Source: a virus (Duplodnaviria; Caudoviricetes). From it: DNA of 44,889 nt. The stretch lies in the IMG/VR virus record IMGVR_UViG_3300037484_000042, positions 1 to 44,889 of that record; one strand, given 5' to 3'. Positions 28,254 to 38,762 of this stretch are shown one piece after another (the first letter of the stretch is position 1; every line of letters begins with the position of its first letter). Position numbers and translations under genes: made by a program. Under the pieces are notes generated by a model, which saw nothing but the letters and a program-made list of their open reading frames with translations, made no database searches and was not told where the DNA came from.

Positions 28254-29246
28254 TTACCAGTTAGATGCAGAAGTGAGAACAACACCAAGCGTATCGACAC
28301 GCTGAGCACCAACGCCCCACCGAGCACGGGTTACAAACTCATCACGACCCTTATCTTTGTTTCTTTCAGACTCAACCATCGGCTGTTGCCGCCAAGCTGC
28401 CATCATAGGCTTGGTGCTATCGTCTGCTACACACATGAACAGGTTAGCCTTAGAGCCGATAGGAGCAGTCTCAGCAGCACCAATACCATAAGCAGAAGCA
28501 TCAATAGCCTCAGCAGCAGTGATAGCCGGGAGACGGTTGGAAGTCCAAACATCAAAGCCAAACAGATTGAACATGAAGCTATGCTCCTGAACAAAACCAT
28601 TCTCCAAGATACTCTGGAACTTCGGGCTACGATCCAAAGAAGTAGCAGTGAGAGTGGTCAGCTTATTCAGAGTAGCCTCTACCAGAGGATCTACAATAGC
28701 AATACGGCCAGCCATAGGAACATTAGCCTTATCGAATGCCAGCTTCATTGCAATGAAATAATCAACACTCATCTTGTAGGTATTATCTGCAGCAGCATCA
28801 GCTACAAAACGATGAGGACGACCATTCACCAAGTTAAGACCAGCAGCAGTCTGAGCGGCATTAGCGGCGGCAAACATACGAGTCTCAAAGTATTCCTGAA
28901 TAGCACGGGTAGACTCCATACCACGCATAGAATGTAGGGTATCAATCTGAGCACCATCCTGACGCAATACATCAGTAACATACCAAGCATCCCCCACATA
29001 GTCAGTAATAGCCAGAGTTACATTACCCGTATCAATGGGGTTATAGGTGATAGCAGTATCTTCAGCAACTTCCTGAATGGTGGTAGAACCTACCGTTTTA
29101 ATATTCAGGGTAGTGCCTGCCGGGAAGTCGCTTACATTACGATACACTGCCTGGGGCAGCAAACCATCCTGAAGGTTCTCCAAGATAAACTGTGAATACT
29201 GCTGTGCCTCGATAAAATGAGGAGTGTTAGTGGTAGTCTGAGCCAT
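28254..29246 (-). CDS. major capsid protein
   Basis: FIEAQQYSQFI, NVSDF..GTTLNIKTVG, FDKANVP..GRIAIVDP; synteny after the scaffold gene. Confidence 0.9.
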   Translation of the reverse strand: MAQTTTNTPHFIEAQQYSQFILENLQDGLLPQAVYRNVSDFPAGTTLNIKTVGSTTIQEVAEDTAITYNPIDTGNVTLAITDYVGDAWYVTDVLRQDGAQIDTLHSMRGMESTRAIQEYFETRMFAAANAAQTAAGLNLVNGRPHRFVADAAADNTYKMSVDYFIAMKLAFDKANVPMAGRIAIVDPLVEATLNKLTTLTATSLDRSPKFQSILENGFVQEHSFMFNLFGFDVWTSNRLPAITAAEAIDASAYGIGAAETAPIGSKANLFMCVADDSTKPMMAAWRQQPMVESERNKDKGRDEFVTRARWGVGAQRVDTLGVVLTSASNW

Positions 29247-29259
29247 AATTTAATTCTCC

Positions 29260-29985
29260 TTAATTTTCTTTAGGTTTCGCATTTCTCCATGCAGAAACCA
29301 TATCTTCTGAAGTAGCACCAATCTTATTGATTCGTGCGGAAGTGGCAGAAGGATTTTGTGAGATCAATCCCTCTGAGTTAATTGACTGTGAGGTGTGAAC
29401 GCCCCTACTCTCCAATGCCTTAAGATCAAACATCTTATAGAAAGCAGTTGGGGAAGTACCAGCCAGCTTAGTGAGATAATCCACCGAGACACCCAGCTCC
29501 TGTGCCTTAACAGAAAAGACCTCCTTAGCTTTTTCACCGTACTGTTTCTTCATAGCCGTATCAACAGCTAGAAGGTTATCCCTTACTTTTTGAGTCTCAC
29601 TCATTTCATGCAACTTACGTTCTACTAAAGAATCAAGATCTACGGGAGGAGCAACTGAACTATTGGAAGTCTGCACCTGCTGATTCTTTAGTTCTGCCAA
29701 GTACTCTTCCATTGCTTTCCTCTTAGCCAGTTCTTCTTTTAGATGCTCGACTTCAGCTTCCTTTGCAGTAAGTGTTGCCTTCTGATCGTCAATGTACTTC
29801 TGTGCATGAGGAACAGATTTTAGGGCATCTTCAACGGTTGCATACTTCTTCCCTTCACCAACAAAACTCTTGACTTCCTCCGGTAAGATTAGGCCAGTGC
29901 TTGTAGTCTCAGGGATTGTTGCAGCAATGGTAGTTGCTACAGGTTCGTTCTGAAAGATGGTGGTGCCATCATTTCCCTCTGACAT
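29260..29985 (-). CDS. capsid scaffolding protein
   Basis: VGEGKKY.TVEDAL.S..HAQ..I followed by a coiled coil. Confidence 0.8.
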   Translation of the reverse strand: MSEGNDGTTIFQNEPVATTIAATIPETTSTGLILPEEVKSFVGEGKKYATVEDALKSVPHAQKYIDDQKATLTAKEAEVEHLKEELAKRKAMEEYLAELKNQQVQTSNSSVAPPVDLDSLVERKLHEMSETQKVRDNLLAVDTAMKKQYGEKAKEVFSVKAQELGVSVDYLTKLAGTSPTAFYKMFDLKALESRGVHTSQSINSEGLISQNPSATSARINKIGATSEDMVSAWRNAKPKEN

Positions 29986-29987
29986 AT

Positions 29988-30236
29988 TTACTTCTCCTTA
30001 ATTAATGTTTGGACATATCTTAATGCCCGTTTGTATCCAACCTGATCTGCTTGGTATTCAGACCATCTTGGCATAAAGTACCGCTTCCACGACAGAGTTT
30101 GTTTCTCTGTACTTTCTATTTGCTCCTCTAATAGTTTATGAAGAATGGTGAATACTTTGGTTGAAGAGCTTAGTAAGAATATTATCTCTTCCTTCTCCTT
30201 CTTATCTTCAGCATACTTTAAGAATTGCATGTTCAT
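29988..30236 (-). CDS. hypothetical protein (between portal and scaffold)
   Basis: W.EYQAD.VGYKRAL motif; synteny. Confidence 0.65.
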   Translation of the reverse strand: MNMQFLKYAEDKKEKEEIIFLLSSSTKVFTILHKLLEEQIESTEKQTLSWKRYFMPRWSEYQADQVGYKRALRYVQTLIKEK

Positions 30237-31981
30237 GCGGGGATTGGCATAGCCTCCGTTTCTTGTACATCTCCTTGCAAGCTATTCATAATCTTCTGAG
30301 TCTCGGCTTGTTCAAAGAGGAATACATTAGATTTAACCACATCATACCTGGAAATGTTCAGTGAATCTTCCAGCAACTTAGCCATACCTTCTCCACTAAA
30401 GTGCTGCTGAACCTTGGACCATACATTGCTATTACTCAAACCAATCAGAGACTGCATCAACTGTGCTTGCATAGCAAAGTGTCTTGCACCAATGGGTCTC
30501 AACTTACCCTTACCAGTAATATCCTCTTTTGTAATATCAATGAACACTTCGATACCCAAATCGGTATCCATAGTCTTGATAGTATCCTGTACATCCAGAT
30601 TACGCCGAGCACTCTCAAGCATACTATTCAATAGTTTTTCGAGGAATTCCTCGAACTGAATAATCTTAGCCATAAAGGTACGCTGTGCATTATTCTCTAG
30701 CGTTTGAATCTCAAAGGCTGTCTTCTCTCCAGGAGTACGTATACCCAATGCTTGTCGAGGTGCGCCTGCCATTTCCTCCATGAGATTCATCAGCATCATG
30801 ATCTCGTTATTAACCTGAAAGGCTGCTGCGGCAGGAGGCATAGGCACAACATCACCATCATCTCCTACATGAATCTCAACTAATGGCCCCCACTCAAATG
30901 CTTCTACATTACCTCTAATCTTCATAGGCGGGAGAATATTAAGATCCATCGCATCGGCCTTCATATTTTCCAAATGGTCAATACGATACTGTAGTCCCAC
31001 AAGATTATCCAGTGGTCCCATAGCATACAGATTGTCGGGACGGTATCGCCAACCTACCTGCTCCTTCGGACTCTTGCGAAAGTAAGTAGGATTCTGAATA
31101 TTACGTATAACATATTTACGATCTATTACAGTGATCGTTACATTGTCTAAGAATTCTCCTGCATCTGAATCATAGATAGAGCCATCAAACTCTAGGATCT
31201 CTACATAGTCAGAGTTGTAGTAGTTAAGCAGAGACCCAAAACCATCTATTGCATATGCCTCCGCCTTAGCTAAGTCTGCTTCAGAGTACTGAGAGAGTTG
31301 CAGCCGCTTATCCTTAGCAAGCTTGATAATGTCCACGTTAAACTTAAACTCAGGTTTAATCTGTGCTTCCTGATACAGCTCTCCAAGCGTTTTAATGTAC
31401 CGTACGACCTTGTATGAATCTTTAAAGCTAGATGATAGAGGATTGAATACAACATCAACAGGAGCTATTCTAAGCAGCTTAGGGCCAACGTATGTTGCAT
31501 ACTTCTCTCCGCTCTCTTCATCTACTGCATACTCAGAAATAAAATCCACATCTCCAAAGGCATTGCCAGTATCAATGTAATCATATACCAGCTTAGACAC
31601 GGTATCTTTAAAATCAGAGATACGAACCTTGTTCTGCATATATGCTTCAATGTTCTTAGCCTTCTGCTTCATCGCAGAGTCTAGGGTATATGCTTCCCAC
31701 TTCAACCAGTTATCATTTGGGAAGAGTGCTGCCATATAGTTCGCATGTAGATTATCACGAATCTGACAGAGCTTGGGAATCGTAGTTTTATTTCTCCAAG
31801 GGAGGGATGAGTTAGTTGTTTTAGTCGTATCAGTGGCAAAGATATAGTTACGCCGCTCCTTTACTTCCTTATACCACTCAGTCCTATCACCAGAGAAGCG
31901 ATCCCACATACCAGCAATACTTGTAGCTAGTGCATGTGCATCACTATTAATCTTCTTAATCTCTGCAACTTTACCTGACAT
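30233..31981 (-). CDS. portal protein
   Basis: LPWRNKTT.PKLCQIRDNLHANY, RPDNLYAMGPLDNLVG.QYRIDHLEN, GIRTPGEKTAFE. Confidence 0.92.
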   Translation of the reverse strand: MSGKVAEIKKINSDAHALATSIAGMWDRFSGDRTEWYKEVKERRNYIFATDTTKTTNSSLPWRNKTTIPKLCQIRDNLHANYMAALFPNDNWLKWEAYTLDSAMKQKAKNIEAYMQNKVRISDFKDTVSKLVYDYIDTGNAFGDVDFISEYAVDEESGEKYATYVGPKLLRIAPVDVVFNPLSSSFKDSYKVVRYIKTLGELYQEAQIKPEFKFNVDIIKLAKDKRLQLSQYSEADLAKAEAYAIDGFGSLLNYYNSDYVEILEFDGSIYDSDAGEFLDNVTITVIDRKYVIRNIQNPTYFRKSPKEQVGWRYRPDNLYAMGPLDNLVGLQYRIDHLENMKADAMDLNILPPMKIRGNVEAFEWGPLVEIHVGDDGDVVPMPPAAAAFQVNNEIMMLMNLMEEMAGAPRQALGIRTPGEKTAFEIQTLENNAQRTFMAKIIQFEEFLEKLLNSMLESARRNLDVQDTIKTMDTDLGIEVFIDITKEDITGKGKLRPIGARHFAMQAQLMQSLIGLSNSNVWSKVQQHFSGEGMAKLLEDSLNISRYDVVKSNVFLFEQAETQKIMNSLQGDVQETEAMPIPA

Positions 31982-33513
31982 TAATAAGCTCCACCAAATT
32001 TAGGATGAAAGGAAACACGCTTCTCTTGTTTAATATTAGCACCACGACTGATAGGAGGTATTGCAATCTCTACCACAGCAGCAAGAGCATCTTTAATATC
32101 ATCATGAGGAGGATGAGCAAGAATAAGTTCTTCCTCAAGGATCTCACAGTTACCTCCCTTATAGTGCCAAATGCCGAGATTATCATACCGTGGTTCCAAG
32201 ATTGCTGCTATTCTTTCTTCTTTAGATCCATTGTGTCGTGTAGGACTATTTTCGTCCACACTTAAATATAGACCATCCTTCTGTATATAATCCTTTAGCT
32301 CTCTAACAATAACCTTCTGAGCTACACTAGTCTCAGCCCTTAACTTTCTGAATCCCCACTTAATATGAAGATCTCTGATTTGTCTAAAGTACTCGCTAAT
32401 CTTATCGGTTTTAAATCTAGCAATATCTAAAATGTAAACTGACTTATCCTTATCAATACCTATCACTACGATAGATGTGAAGTCTGCTCTACGACTCTTT
32501 GAGAATGCAAAGTCGATAGCTGCATAAACATTTAATTTATATTCCTTATGAAACCAATCACCATAATGATTTACTATAGCAGACTTATTATAATACTGGA
32601 AGCGAGAACGATCAATGAAATCATTCGAAGGATCGTTGGGATCATTGTAGTACTGTGCTCTGAATTGTGTCTTATCAAGATACTTGGCCCTCTTACCTGC
32701 TAGGATATTAGCATCAAATCCAAACCACTTACCATCACCACGCTGCTGTCTAGGCCATAGAAACTCACCAGTACCGTCCCCAATATCTTCTACCTGTTTC
32801 TGTAATACCTCATATACCGGAACCTTCTCTACCAGTTGTCCATCCTTATCGTATACATCCTTTTCCATCTGAATAAGATCTGTATAAAGATCCTTGGGAT
32901 GATATCTAGTACCAACAATCCACTCCTGTGCTCCCGTTGTCTCAATGGATGCGAGCAAGGAATATTGTTCTTTTACTTTATTTCGTCCCTCAGCAGTATA
33001 TGCATTCTCCTTAATAACTACGTCATCTAGTACTGCGATGTTGAAGTGAAGTCCGGTAATCGTAGTAGTTAATCCTGCAGTAAAGAGTGTACTATCACGA
33101 ATACCCTCTTCCTTTCTCTTAGGATGATCTACACAAATCTCTCGTTCAGTCCACTTCTCCCTCTTACCCTCTTCCTCATGTATCATGTGAGGCCAGTAAC
33201 GTCTATACTGTTTAGAAGACAATATGTTCTTTATGAAATAGAGCTGCTTCTCTGCGAGGGTGGAGGTAGCAGAGATATACAGAACGGTTGTAGCAGGATT
33301 CTTTGTAATCTCCCACGCGACTCTATATGCAATCAAGGCACTCTTCTGATGGTCCCGTGGCATGAGGAGGAGCTGATGATCTCCCCTCTCCTCCCTAGTC
33401 CACCAATCAATTACATCTTCGTGTATACTTCCAAGAACCCTATGTGGTGCCATGATCTTGATAAAGGAAAGCAGATCATTCTCAGCAGCCTTCCTAATTA
33501 GATCTATACTCAT
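31981..33513 (-). CDS. terL: terminase large subunit
   Basis: Walker A PRDHQKS, Walker B AVLDD, GTRY, nuclease AIDFA and HDDIKDA. Confidence 0.95.
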   Translation of the reverse strand: MSIDLIRKAAENDLLSFIKIMAPHRVLGSIHEDVIDWWTREERGDHQLLLMPRDHQKSALIAYRVAWEITKNPATTVLYISATSTLAEKQLYFIKNILSSKQYRRYWPHMIHEEEGKREKWTEREICVDHPKRKEEGIRDSTLFTAGLTTTITGLHFNIAVLDDVVIKENAYTAEGRNKVKEQYSLLASIETTGAQEWIVGTRYHPKDLYTDLIQMEKDVYDKDGQLVEKVPVYEVLQKQVEDIGDGTGEFLWPRQQRGDGKWFGFDANILAGKRAKYLDKTQFRAQYYNDPNDPSNDFIDRSRFQYYNKSAIVNHYGDWFHKEYKLNVYAAIDFAFSKSRRADFTSIVVIGIDKDKSVYILDIARFKTDKISEYFRQIRDLHIKWGFRKLRAETSVAQKVIVRELKDYIQKDGLYLSVDENSPTRHNGSKEERIAAILEPRYDNLGIWHYKGGNCEILEEELILAHPPHDDIKDALAAVVEIAIPPISRGANIKQEKRVSFHPKFGGAY

Positions 33514-34016
33514 TTAATGGCCACCAGTCCTATGCGTGCCATATCCTTTTCAACATCATTGATTAAGGCTGCATCTTGTTTTAACTTTCCTTCCTTCTCT
33601 GCCTTCGATGGTCGCCCTCGTTGCTGCTCCCAACCACGATCAGCTAACCATTTAGCAGCATTATAGTTTCCTTTATTAGCAGCAATAATGTTTTGTTTAA
33701 TACCTTCAGCCCTAAGCTTTAGATCCAACTCTTCGACCCAAGAGTTAATTCTATCCTTGAGGAAGTATTTGCGTAGACGCAACCAATGTGGATAGGACTT
33801 AAAGACCTGCATAGCAAAAAGATACTCAGTAGGATCTGCAATCTCTAAATATAATTTCTTCAGAGAGTAGTACACCTTACCATCAATCTCTCTATCCTCG
33901 TCAGCAAGAGTAAAGACAGCATGAGATTGGTCTATGTAATACTCATAGAATAAGGCTTGTGTTCTGTACTTATTCTGTTCATCCTTGAAACCACTACGAT
34001 CAATATTGAGTTCCAT
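33510..34016 (-). CDS. terS: terminase small subunit
   Basis: Directly upstream of TerL; DPTEY.FA...HW..L, AAKWLA.RGW, RGRPSK. Confidence 0.75.
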   Translation of the reverse strand: MELNIDRSGFKDEQNKYRTQALFYEYYIDQSHAVFTLADEDREIDGKVYYSLKKLYLEIADPTEYLFAMQVFKSYPHWLRLRKYFLKDRINSWVEELDLKLRAEGIKQNIIAANKGNYNAAKWLADRGWEQQRGRPSKAEKEGKLKQDAALINDVEKDMARIGLVAIK

Positions 34017-34443
34017 GCTTATCTCTTTTATTAATATTAATCAGGATTAGATAGAGTTGGTATGGATCAATGATCCTTGTATCGGGCACCTCAATGATAC
34101 CATACTTATCCAATAGGGTGGTCCACATCTCCACACACGTAACAGCATTACCCTTGTTCATTTTAATGCGGAATAGAAAGGCAAATAGTGCCAGTATATC
34201 ATACGACCATCCCCTCATAGAGAGGGCTTCTATCCAAAGGGCTTCTGGTACATCCACAGTGAGATCAACTAATCTAGCATATTTAGGTGCCTTCCGTACC
34301 TGCACACCACCTAGGATTCGTGCTCCATATGTTCTGTTATCTGACATAACCGCTTCTACATGGGAGAATGGAATCCAGCGAAAGAGGCGGATAAAAAGGG
34401 ATGCTGGTAAGTTCTGTGCTGAAAAGCGCAGTACAAGATTCAT
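34000..34443 (-). CDS. permuted papain-like (NlpC/P60, YiiX-like) protein
   Basis: FSHV near the N-terminus, G.SYD, TCVE near the C-terminus. Confidence 0.65.
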   Translation of the reverse strand: MNLVLRFSAQNLPASLFIRLFRWIPFSHVEAVMSDNRTYGARILGGVQVRKAPKYARLVDLTVDVPEALWIEALSMRGWSYDILALFAFLFRIKMNKGNAVTCVEMWTTLLDKYGIIEVPDTRIIDPYQLYLILININKRDKHGTQY

Positions 34444-34454
34444 ATCCAGTGGCC

Positions 34455-35027
34455 CTATTGAGTTGAAACTCTTGCATCACAGAAAGCTTGGTAATCTACT
34501 ACCATCTGTGCTGTAGTTGTTGAAGCATAGTAGGCTGCAAGATAAGCACTCTCTATCTCCGTCATTTTTGCACCAGCTGCTAAATTCTCTGCGAGAACGT
34601 ATGTAGCAAACTGCTCTGCTGTCATACCTAAGGGAGTACCGAAGTCTGCTAGATGAACCGCTGGTGTCTTGCCATTACGAAGGATGGTGGTGTTATCTAC
34701 TGCACCAAGGGTAGCTGCCTGATAGTTCAACACATATACATTATCAATCCCACTATTCTTTGGGAATGTCTCTAGAGTAGAAGCCCGGATCTGCTTTACT
34801 CTTTGCTTATACATTGCGTCCAGCACTGCTGGGTCTTTTTGAGTATTCGAGATATATGGAGGATCATCAAGCTCCTGCACATAGTGTGTCTCATCAGATT
34901 CTCGAAAAGGATCAGGGATTTCGATAACCCCAACCTCTGCCCTAATCTCCGGGGTATCCAACTTACTACGTCCTGCGTATGGGGCATCAATGTTAACTCG
35001 CTTGAGGGTTACTTGATCTATGAACAT
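34455..35027 (-). CDS. tail fibre assembly/chaperone-like protein
   Basis: Immediately downstream of the tail fibre gene. Confidence 0.5.
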   Translation of the reverse strand: MFIDQVTLKRVNIDAPYAGRSKLDTPEIRAEVGVIEIPDPFRESDETHYVQELDDPPYISNTQKDPAVLDAMYKQRVKQIRASTLETFPKNSGIDNVYVLNYQAATLGAVDNTTILRNGKTPAVHLADFGTPLGMTAEQFATYVLAENLAAGAKMTEIESAYLAAYYASTTTAQMVVDYQAFCDARVSTQ

Positions 35028-35039
35028 TATATTCTCCTT

Positions 35040-37028
35040 TTATCGTGCTGGACTTGGGGCTACGTTTGCGCCGCCCGTAGGTTCATCTGCATAAGCACTA
35101 AAAATGTAGGTACCACCGGAGGCGTTGTTCTGTATGTAAGAACCTCTGTGTTTAGCACCAGATGCTATGAAATCCACAACAGGGTCTGGGGATGCATATA
35201 GCGATTCCGCATAGCTTCCGTTAGGAAAAATTACCTTACCCATAAGATTGTATTGGTCTCTTAGCGCATCCCACCTATGCCAACTACCTGTACTACTGGC
35301 ATATTTAACTGTTAAGTCCACGGGCTTAAACCCGAGACTAACAAACGGACCATCCGTCGACCCATTTCCGGTATAGCTCGCGAACTTGGAATATCCTGGG
35401 ATTTCTGCGTGGACGTAAAACACCATACCGCCAGCATTGTTCGTATTGGTGGAACTGCCAAGACTGAACACACTGCTTATAGGAGTCGTGCTATTCCAGT
35501 AGGTTGCACCAGTCGCTTTCGCTGCCGTGGTGTTCAGTACTATATATTCAGTGTTTGCCAGACTGCCGTGATACACAGGCCATTCAGTAATGGCTGCTCT
35601 CGCCTTACTAACTATTAGTTTTGGAACTACACCAAGGCCATGCCCAACCGTAGCATTTGCGGCCGTCCCTGTTGCTGTGACTATCGCAAACCCACTTGTA
35701 ACATTTCGACTCACCGTACTCGTAATCGAGCCATCGGTATTGGTCTGCCGTGCAGCAGTTAGGCCAGCTTTCCAAGCACTGATTACATAGGTACCATCAG
35801 CAAGTGTAGAGCCGAGTGTGCAAGTTGTTCCACTGACACTGATTACATTCGCATCCGTAGTTTCAGCAGCCGTTGAGTTCGACTTGAGAATCTTGTCGTA
35901 GCCACGCAAGCCATCTACGTTGTACCAATCACCAGCCAGATCACGCCGCTTAATCTCAAAGTACGTGTCATAAACTGACGCATCCCAATCAATGGCGAAG
36001 TTCGTACTTCCTGACTTGGTGACGGTGTAGACGTTGTGATGCTCTTGTGGATTGGCGATAGCTGTCGTAGGGAGGTTTGACGTACACAGTGTTGGGTTGG
36101 TGGCAGCATTTGTAAAGGGACGTTGGCCGAAGTTATAATCACCAGCCGCAGAAGGAAAGGCAGCGGGTGGTGTCCAGGTGGTAGAGACCCCGCCTACCTC
36201 GAAGTAGTATGTCCCACTGGCAGGGATTAGTGTCGGGAGATCGGTTGTACCACTAGCGGTAAGATTGCAATTTGATAGGGTTGATTTACCTGTATAGAGC
36301 GCATTCAACACTGCATAGTTATTAGTCGGAGTATCCAGCATCCAATCATACGTTGCACCAGCGGTGAGGCTGAGGTTGTTAAGAGTCCAATCATTACCAT
36401 TGCCAGAGCTGTCATACCCTAGGGTGGTGAGGGATGCACCATTGGAGAATGGGAGGTAGAATCCATTGGTGCCATAGGTGCCTGTGTATTTCTTTGGTAC
36501 CCATACGCCATCTGAGTTGGTTTCTCCGAAGTCAGAAGGTGTGAGTACTTGACCGTCAATGAAATGCACTTCTGCCATATACCCATCAGCATAGTTGCTA
36601 GTATTTGCTGCCCCAAGCTGATGCAGAACCGCCGTATTGAAGACTGCGCTTGTAACCGTGGCAGTCATGGCCGTTCCATTATTCACTTGTAAGCTTGCAG
36701 CCGTTCCGTTCTGTGAATAAAGGATGTGGTACCACGCTGACGGATCACGATAGACTGCCGTACTTGTAATAGCAGCTACCCCTGCAATGGTAAGGACCAA
36801 TGTGTCAGCCGCAGGGAAGCCGAGGCTGTGATTGGTGGATACACCAAACAGGTTTTGTAATACCCCCAGCTTTCCACGCTTTATCCATCCAGACCATGTG
36901 TAAACATTCTGGCTTGTTGGCGTACCAAACGTCCTACTCAAATAAGCAGACGCAGAAGATCGCAGACGCAGGGAGTGTCCTATTTGATATGATTGACTAT
37001 CCCCTATACCAACAGGTAGTACACTCAT
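35040..37028 (-). CDS. tail fibre / receptor-binding protein with a concanavalin A/LamG-like domain
   Basis: SLRL..SASAYLSRT, YRDPSAWYH, YGTNGFYL, DTPTNNY, GTAANATVGHGLG, YTGNGS.DGPFV. Confidence 0.8.
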   Translation of the reverse strand: MSVLPVGIGDSQSYQIGHSLRLRSSASAYLSRTFGTPTSQNVYTWSGWIKRGKLGVLQNLFGVSTNHSLGFPAADTLVLTIAGVAAITSTAVYRDPSAWYHILYSQNGTAASLQVNNGTAMTATVTSAVFNTAVLHQLGAANTSNYADGYMAEVHFIDGQVLTPSDFGETNSDGVWVPKKYTGTYGTNGFYLPFSNGASLTTLGYDSSGNGNDWTLNNLSLTAGATYDWMLDTPTNNYAVLNALYTGKSTLSNCNLTASGTTDLPTLIPASGTYYFEVGGVSTTWTPPAAFPSAAGDYNFGQRPFTNAATNPTLCTSNLPTTAIANPQEHHNVYTVTKSGSTNFAIDWDASVYDTYFEIKRRDLAGDWYNVDGLRGYDKILKSNSTAAETTDANVISVSGTTCTLGSTLADGTYVISAWKAGLTAARQTNTDGSITSTVSRNVTSGFAIVTATGTAANATVGHGLGVVPKLIVSKARAAITEWPVYHGSLANTEYIVLNTTAAKATGATYWNSTTPISSVFSLGSSTNTNNAGGMVFYVHAEIPGYSKFASYTGNGSTDGPFVSLGFKPVDLTVKYASSTGSWHRWDALRDQYNLMGKVIFPNGSYAESLYASPDPVVDFIASGAKHRGSYIQNNASGGTYIFSAYADEPTGGANVAPSPAR

Positions 37029-37573
37029 TAAGCAAGAACCCCACTATTTACAATGTAAACATTAGTACCATCTGATAGGTAAGAGAGAAGGTAAGTTCCT
37101 GTGGTGCTAATGGTGAAAAGGGTATTGGACCCAACCTTAGTCGTAGCTGCTGCAGTAATGGCGTAGTTGCTACCATTAATCAGTAGGATGAAACCAGACT
37201 GTCCTGCCGTGATGTTAGTGAAGGTCAGGGTTCCACCAGCAGAGGGGGTACATTTGAAATTGTTTGTGGCATTAAGATCAAAGGATAAATCATTATCCGT
37301 GGTAATTGTGCCACGCTGTGAGACTGTGAATGTCTGTGCTACATCCGTCTTTGCAGTATCCGCATCATACCCTTGAACAGTTACACCGATATCACCTGTC
37401 TCAAGCATGTTCGTGAGATCACTCTCCTTAGCAAGTGGGAAACCACCAGCAGTTACCCCATCATGTACTACAAGCGTCTCCTTATCGGTATCTACAGTTA
37501 CCTCAGCTGCTACACCAGTAAAGGCAGCGTGTTCTACGGTAGTACCCTTTCTCCATTGTACTTGAGTTGCCAT
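37028..37573 (-). CDS. tail fibre protein with an Mtd N-terminal-like domain
   Basis: QVQWRKGTT.EH..FTG..AEVTVDTDK.TLVVHDG.TAGG.PLA. Confidence 0.75.
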   Translation of the reverse strand: MATQVQWRKGTTVEHAAFTGVAAEVTVDTDKETLVVHDGVTAGGFPLAKESDLTNMLETGDIGVTVQGYDADTAKTDVAQTFTVSQRGTITTDNDLSFDLNATNNFKCTPSAGGTLTFTNITAGQSGFILLINGSNYAITAAATTKVGSNTLFTISTTGTYLLSYLSDGTNVYIVNSGVLA

Positions 37574-37582
37574 ATATACTCC

Positions 37583-38089
37583 TTATACGATTGTTCCAAA
37601 GTCAGTTGGGAATACGATTATAGTATCAGCAATTAAACCAAAGTCATATAGGTTTGAAGCTGAGAGTCCTAGAGTGGAGTAGATGACACATGCTGCTTCA
37701 GAAGATGCTGCTAAAGATGCGGAGGAGGCTGCAGAAAGAGCAGAAGAGGCTGAGTCAATAGAGTAAGAGTAGGAGCTATACTCATCAATAAGATTACCTT
37801 CAGGTACTAGGGTAGCATGGGGATAGATTGCCCAATGCTCTGATTCGGTTGCAAAGTCAGAGGCTTGGGTAACAAGGGTAGAGAGATCTAAGCCACCAAC
37901 CACACCGATGGACCCTACGTTAAGGAGGCTGAACCCATTCATATCAAAGTCAGCACTCATTGTGTTTGGAGTACTACCATCACGTGAGATAGTATTCTCA
38001 AAGGCTGAGATAATGGTATTGAGATTATTATTCAGCTGAGTAGTGGACTGATACCCTGAGCTGATTGATGATAGAGATACTTTAGACAT
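37583..38089 (-). CDS. tail fibre N-terminal/adaptor protein (first late gene)
   Basis: NTISRDG..PN.M.ADFDMNG..LLN. Confidence 0.7.
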   Translation of the reverse strand: MSKVSLSSISSGYQSTTQLNNNLNTIISAFENTISRDGSTPNTMSADFDMNGFSLLNVGSIGVVGGLDLSTLVTQASDFATESEHWAIYPHATLVPEGNLIDEYSSYSYSIDSASSALSAASSASLAASSEAACVIYSTLGLSASNLYDFGLIADTIIVFPTDFGTIV

Positions 38090-38136
38090 TATAATAACTC
38101 CTTAGAGGGATAAGATACATCTCTGCTTATACACAT

Positions 38137-38165
38137 ATTATAACATACTTGTTAGAGAAAGTCAA
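38137..38165 (-). promoter_or_regulatory. sigma70 promoter for the structural arm
   Basis: Minus-strand TTGACT-N17-TATAAT with extended -10 TG. Confidence 0.85.
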
Positions 38166-38669
38166 GATAAATATAACATACGTGTATATAATAATATTTA
38201 GAAGAGTACTATGAGTATATTAAGAGTATATAATACCCATATCCATACTCTAAGGGTTCTTAGTATTATTAATATATATATATATATATAATATAGTATT
38301 AAGAGTTTGTCAAGAGTAGATATTAAATAAACTAAAAAAACTTTAGAGAACTTGTGAGATCTAAGAGTTCTCTTAGATACTTAAGAGATTTTAAGGAACT
38401 CTAGAATTTCTATGAGAAAAAATTTAGTGGTAATACGCACACATACTCCTTATCCCAACCCACAGGGTACTCCCCAAAACTCTGAGATATTAGGATACCC
38501 GAACATTGTTCTCCACAACCATAAAATGTTCAGAGAAACACACAAGATATGGTATGGTGTAAGGGTTTGGGGATACTACATATGGTGCGAAATACCAAAG
38601 ACTATCAATCCCACCCATCCTTAATAGTAATCATTCCCAGTCATCTTAGTTACATACCTAATTAATAGC

Positions 38670-38685
38670 TGGCACACTACTTGCA
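38670..38685 (+). promoter_or_regulatory. sigma54-type -24/-12 element
   Basis: TGGCACACTACTTGCA matches TGGCAC-N5-TTGCW. Confidence 0.6.
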
Positions 38686-38688
38686 TAT

Positions 38689-38704
38689 AGCACATTCCAT
38701 GCCA
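38689..38704 (-). promoter_or_regulatory. sigma54-type -24/-12 element (convergent with the previous one)
   Basis: Minus strand reads TGGCATGGAATGTGCT, with correct GG-N10-GC spacing. Confidence 0.45.
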
Positions 38705-38762
38705 CACTATACTATACTGATCAGTCTACTATTATTTCATCATGAGCGTAAGCGAATTTTTA

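Noticed and set aside
35040-37573. Diversity-generating retroelement suggested by the Mtd-like N-terminus
   Set aside because: No reverse transcriptase and no TR/VR repeat pair were found.
15543-38089. Numerous + strand ORFs opposite the structural genes (and - strand ORFs opposite the replication genes)
   Set aside because: These are antisense shadows of real genes with no recognisable motifs.
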